Below, piece by piece: positions 60,288 to 64,000 of a stretch of DNA of 64,000 nucleotides (position 1 is its first letter; each line of letters opens with the position of its first letter). Made by a program: the position numbers and the translations under genes. A model generated the notes under the pieces. The model worked only from the letters and a program-made list of their open reading frames with translations. It was not told the origin of the DNA and did not search any database. Origin of the DNA: an uncultured Verrucomicrobiae bacterium (GTDB lineage Bacteria; Verrucomicrobiota; Verrucomicrobiia; Chthoniobacterales; UBA10450); the NCBI GenBank assembly GCA_963735805.1, contig CAVTMK010000004.1:544001-608000 (forward strand), read 5' to 3'.

Positions 60288-60854
60288 CTACAACTGCAGG
60301 TCAGATGGTTCATTCAGATTGAGAAAGAATTTTCTTTCCTGCGATGTGACTGGGATCACCTGAAGTTTTCCGGCTGCGACCAGACAGTCAGTCAATGTTT
60401 GTAATGAAAAATCCCCTCCAGAAAGCGCGCTCTGAATATTCGGCAGCGCTTCCCGCGGATAAATCGCCGCCAGCGGCTCGAAGCGATCGTCGATTTTTGC
60501 AATCACGCCACGGCATGGCTCAATCTGACCACAAAGAAACGTGAGGTATTCTTTCGTCATGAACGGCATGTCGATAGCGAGCGCGAGCAGATGTTGAGCG
60601 CGCATCTGCGTCAGTGATGCAGCCAGACCGCTCAGCGGTCCGCGTGATGGAAGATCGTCCGCGACAAACTGCACATCGACCGGACGCCAGACCGGCTCGG
60701 CGCGGGCGGAAACGAAGATTTCGGTCGGTTCCAATTTCTGCAAAAGTTTGAGTTGAATTTGCCAGAGCGGTTTTGCGTGAAACAAAAGTGTTGCTTTGTC
60801 TCTGCCCATCCGGCGCGATTCGCCGCCGGCCAGCAATGTAGCAGCGATGTTCAT
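60288..60854 (-). CDS. mobA: molybdenum cofactor guanylyltransferase
   Basis: LAGGESRRMGRDKA, GPLSGL, DMP, EPLAAIY, NLN. Confidence 0.9.
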   Translation of the reverse strand: MNIAATLLAGGESRRMGRDKATLLFHAKPLWQIQLKLLQKLEPTEIFVSARAEPVWRPVDVQFVADDLPSRGPLSGLAASLTQMRAQHLLALAIDMPFMTKEYLTFLCGQIEPCRGVIAKIDDRFEPLAAIYPREALPNIQSALSGGDFSLQTLTDCLVAAGKLQVIPVTSQERKFFLNLNEPSDLQL

Positions 60855-60869
60855 CCGCCGGTCTTGATT

Positions 60870-60976
60870 GTCATTCCGAGCGAGGCGAGGAACCTCACGC
60901 CGGCTGAATGGTCACGCTTTTGTCGTAGTGTGCGGCAAGCTTGACAGGAGAGGTCCTTCGCACGGCTCAGGATGAC
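60870..60976. repeat. GTCAT-type REP doublet overlapping the MOSC gene end
   Basis: gtcattccgagcgaggcgaggaacctc ... gaggtccttcgcacggctcaggatgac inverted pair. Confidence 0.7.
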
Positions 60977-61451
60977 TGTTAACTACGGTAGAACGAAGCT
61001 TTCCGTCACTGAGGATCCTGGCGCGCAGACCACCGTTCCCCTTCAAAAAAACCTGGGCGCCCGGTGCTAATACGCGATCCATCCAGTAACACGGCGCGCT
61101 CTCCTGCGTTCCATAAAAACGAACGCCTTGAATCTCAAATTCCTTGCCGATGAATTCGTTGAGATCGATGCCACGTGTAATCACGTTGCGCCGCGCCGCA
61201 GCCGGCGAGCAATCGTGTATGCCCAGCGCAACGCAAAGCTCATCGAAAACGTCGAGCGAGAAAAACGTGATCTGGCCTTTGTAATCGTCTTTAAAATCCA
61301 GGTAGCGATCGCCGCGAATCCCGCGTCCTGCGAGGCATTCCATCACGGGCACTTCGATCATAGGATACGTGTCCGGTTCGCGACCGTGATGGCCAACGAA
61401 ATTATGACCCGGCGAAATGTACAAGTGACAGATTTCCACCGGCTGCAACAA
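60912..61451 (-). CDS. MOSC domain protein
   Basis: GIRGDRY, RRNVITRG, PCYWM, GGLRARI. Confidence 0.85.
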   Translation of the reverse strand: MLQPVEICHLYISPGHNFVGHHGREPDTYPMIEVPVMECLAGRGIRGDRYLDFKDDYKGQITFFSLDVFDELCVALGIHDCSPAAARRNVITRGIDLNEFIGKEFEIQGVRFYGTQESAPCYWMDRVLAPGAQVFLKGNGGLRARILSDGKLRSTVVNSHPEPCEGPLLSSLPHTTTKA

Positions 61452-61469
61452 TATCTGAAATCATCGTAG

Positions 61470-62282
61470 ATGAAAGAAGCGCGAAGCGTCGGTCCGGGGA
61501 AAATCATTCGGCGGAAACAGGATGGTTCGCTCGAGTATTTTCGGGACGATCTGACGATTGAAGAGCCGCTCGAAATTCGAATCGGCCGCAAAACTCTGGC
61601 TACGACCATGCGCACGCCGGGTCACGACAATGAGCTCGCCGCTGGTTTTCTCGTCTCAGAAGCGATCGTGCACCGTCGAGACGCGATCGTGGAAATTTCG
61701 GCAGATCGTGACAATCGAGTGGTCGTCAGTCTTGCGTCAGGCATAAAACCGAAGCTCAATTCCGCCCAACGCTTCGGAACGATTTCATCGAGTTGTGGCT
61801 TATGCGGCAAGACGAGCATCGATGAAATCCGCCAAAATTTTCCGGCGATTGGAGCAGTAACTGTTCGGATCGATATCGAGACGTTGTTATCGCTCCCGGA
61901 AAAACTGCGAAAGGCGCAGAGCGATTTTGCGCGCACCGGCGGAATTCATGCCGCAGGGATTTTTGATTCGAGCGGCGAATTGAAAATTGCTCGCGAAGAC
62001 ATTGGCCGTCATAACGCGGTGGACAAAGTTATCGGCCGCGCGTTTCTCGATGAGTTGTTGCCGTTGGATCGACATCTGCTTGTGGTGAGCGGCCGTGCTT
62101 CTTTCGAAATCCTACAAAAAGCGCTCTCTGCCGGTATTCCCATCGTCGCTGCGGTCTCAGCGCCTTCGACGCTGGCGGTCGATTTTGCTCGGGAAAGCAA
62201 CCAAACGCTCATCGGATTTTTGCGTCCCCCATCGTTCAATATTTATTCCCATGTCGAGCGCGTGATTCTTGAAACGCTGTAG
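61470..62282 (+). CDS. fdhD: formate dehydrogenase accessory sulfurtransferase
   Basis: MRTPG, SSCGLCG, TGGIHAA, EDIGRHNAVDK. Confidence 0.93.
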   Translation: MKEARSVGPGKIIRRKQDGSLEYFRDDLTIEEPLEIRIGRKTLATTMRTPGHDNELAAGFLVSEAIVHRRDAIVEISADRDNRVVVSLASGIKPKLNSAQRFGTISSSCGLCGKTSIDEIRQNFPAIGAVTVRIDIETLLSLPEKLRKAQSDFARTGGIHAAGIFDSSGELKIAREDIGRHNAVDKVIGRAFLDELLPLDRHLLVVSGRASFEILQKALSAGIPIVAAVSAPSTLAVDFARESNQTLIGFLRPPSFNIYSHVERVILETL

Positions 62283-62358
62283 CCGAGGGCGCTGACCTCG
62301 GCAATTTGAGAGATAGCCACGGACATCGCTGCCGCGGTCGGCGCCCGCGGCTACAGCA

Positions 62359-63336
62359 TCAGCGCTGCGAGGCGAAGACTGCTTCGGGATCGGCGCCGGA
62401 AACTTTGCCCACCAGAATCCAGCCAAAGCGGCTGACCAGTGCGCCGATTAGAAATGAAATCGCTGCGAATGGAACCAGACCGAAAAACCGCAGAATGAGC
62501 GCAAGTGGACCGTTCAACACTTCGCCGATGCGAATGAGCCAGCCCGATCTGTTCTCGTGTATCGCGCGATCGGCCGCGCCGTGTTTATCAACGCTGAGCC
62601 AGATCAAAAGCACTGTCTCAACGGCCGCGGCGTAAAATCCAAGAAAGTTGAGTGCGGCGATTCGGTGGCCCACCAATTCCAACACGGCTGCTGCGGACCC
62701 CAATCCGGCAGTTCCAAAATGAATCGGGAGCAATGTACGATGCAAAAACCACGCGGGAATCGCGGTGGCTCCGATGAGCACGCCTGTGTAAGTCGCGAGT
62801 AAAGTTCCAAAAATTGCCGCACCAAAAATGAAAATCCCGGCGGCGAAACCCAGGAATTGATCAAGTGTGCCGTCAAAAATCTGATGCACGTGCAATTCGA
62901 GCGTGATCAACCCCGGAACCGTGCACGTACCAAATCCTGTCAGAATCCACGCGCCCATCGACATGGGAGAGCGATGTTTGAATACGCGCAGCATGTTGAG
63001 GAAAAGATGCGGACGGCCCAGATCCATGATCAGCAGAATTGGCGAGAGAATGGCCCCGGCGATGGCGGCGACCCACATGGCTGTGCGCGCAACATCGACA
63101 TGATCAAACAGTACCGCTGCGAGCGCGATTACCGCCGACATCCCGGCAATTCCGCCAAAGAAAAAGTAGAGAGGAATTTCCCACGTCCAGACCGGCGGTT
63201 TGATCACGGGCTCTCCATAGTAGCCGGGTCTTACTGGAATTGGACCGCCTGCAACATCGACACCTTTGCCAGCAACGACGCCGTCTTTCCACGCTTGCTC
63301 GCGTAGTTCGTCGAGGCGCTTTTCTGGTGCATTCAT
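62359..63336 (-). CDS. NrfD/PsrC family membrane anchor
   Basis: DLGRP..FLNMLRVFK..SPMSMGAW, YTGVL..TAIPAW. Confidence 0.85.
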   Translation of the reverse strand: MNAPEKRLDELREQAWKDGVVAGKGVDVAGGPIPVRPGYYGEPVIKPPVWTWEIPLYFFFGGIAGMSAVIALAAVLFDHVDVARTAMWVAAIAGAILSPILLIMDLGRPHLFLNMLRVFKHRSPMSMGAWILTGFGTCTVPGLITLELHVHQIFDGTLDQFLGFAAGIFIFGAAIFGTLLATYTGVLIGATAIPAWFLHRTLLPIHFGTAGLGSAAAVLELVGHRIAALNFLGFYAAAVETVLLIWLSVDKHGAADRAIHENRSGWLIRIGEVLNGPLALILRFFGLVPFAAISFLIGALVSRFGWILVGKVSGADPEAVFASQR

Positions 63337-64000
63337 CAGGATGAAAATGCGAACGCCACCACGGTGGCGATAATTGACGCGATTGCCGTCGCAATTGCAG
63401 CGGTCCACGCCGATTTCAAATAGATCGTTGGGACTTGCGGTTTCGGCGGAAGGCCGTACGCCTCCGGTTCGCCGAGAATCAGAAAGAATGCGTGAATGCC
63501 GCGGACGCTCGTCTCTCGCGGATCGTAAAGTTGTGCGTCGTCATAACCGTGTTGACGCAACTCTTCCACACGCTGAGTCGCGCGTGCGCGCAGATCATCG
63601 AGTCGTCCGAAGACGATCGATTCGGTTGGACAAACTTTTGCGCACGCGGGTACGAGTCCGCTTTTTTGTCGATCGTAACAAAATGTACACTTAAAGGCCC
63701 CGCCGGCGTTTGGCAGCGGTTCCGGTCGACGATCGATCACACCGAATGGGCAGGAGACGACGCAATACCCGCAGCCGTTGCAAACATCGTCTTGCACAAG
63801 GACCGAGCCTACCTCGGTACGCACGATTGAGCCGGTAGGGCACGCTTCGAGGCAACCGGCTTCTTCGCAATGCTTGCAAACATCAGAAAGAAAAACCCAG
63901 CGAAACGGATCCTCGCCGTTGCCTAACGAATGAGAGCCAACGACCTGATTTCCTTTTTGTCGATCCTGCTCAAGAAACATGACGTGGCGCCAGGTAGAAG
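63336..64000 (-). CDS. 4Fe-4S dicluster subunit (FdnH/FdoH-like), 5' end outside window
   Basis: CKHC..CLEACP, CNGCGYC..CP, KCTFC..CAKVCP, C-terminal TM. Confidence 0.88.
   Translation of the reverse strand, partial: STWRHVMFLEQDRQKGNQVVGSHSLGNGEDPFRWVFLSDVCKHCEEAGCLEACPTGSIVRTEVGSVLVQDDVCNGCGYCVVSCPFGVIDRRPEPLPNAGGAFKCTFCYDRQKSGLVPACAKVCPTESIVFGRLDDLRARATQRVEELRQHGYDDAQLYDPRETSVRGIHAFFLILGEPEAYGLPPKPQVPTIYLKSAWTAAIATAIASIIATVVAFAFSS

Overview
Bacterial chromosomal window of moderately high GC. The gene content and repeat types suggest a soil Verrucomicrobia/Chthoniobacterales-like organism (inference only). The flanks carry ordinary genes: an rsmA-Nudix fusion, aas, MFS, ClC and Ca2+/H+ transporters, PLD, adenylate cyclase-TPR, DUF885, Uup, a helicase, 2-oxoacid:ferredoxin oxidoreductase, dcp, mobA/fdhD and the end of a molybdoenzyme operon. 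GTAG-type REP palindromes lie between many of them. No rRNA, tRNA, CRISPR array, integrase or transposase was recognised. The notable part is about 33.9-43.5 kb, an accessory region with two hicAB pairs, a foreign hydrolase, a deleted HNH nuclease, DUF3644 and DUF3592. It holds 9 clear and 1 tentative copy of a 73-134 bp non-coding insertion element (AA|TGGAGC...GCGACATAG...GCGAG..TCAA). The element inserts at an AA/TT dinucleotide, stacks in tandem, and folds into tandem-G.A hairpins on one strand only. It interrupts the first codons of hicA, of an acyltransferase and of a marC relic. Empty and filled versions of one target repeat are both present in the window. Displaced gene fragments (three marC 5' ends, two DUF885 3' pieces) mark local recombination hotspots.
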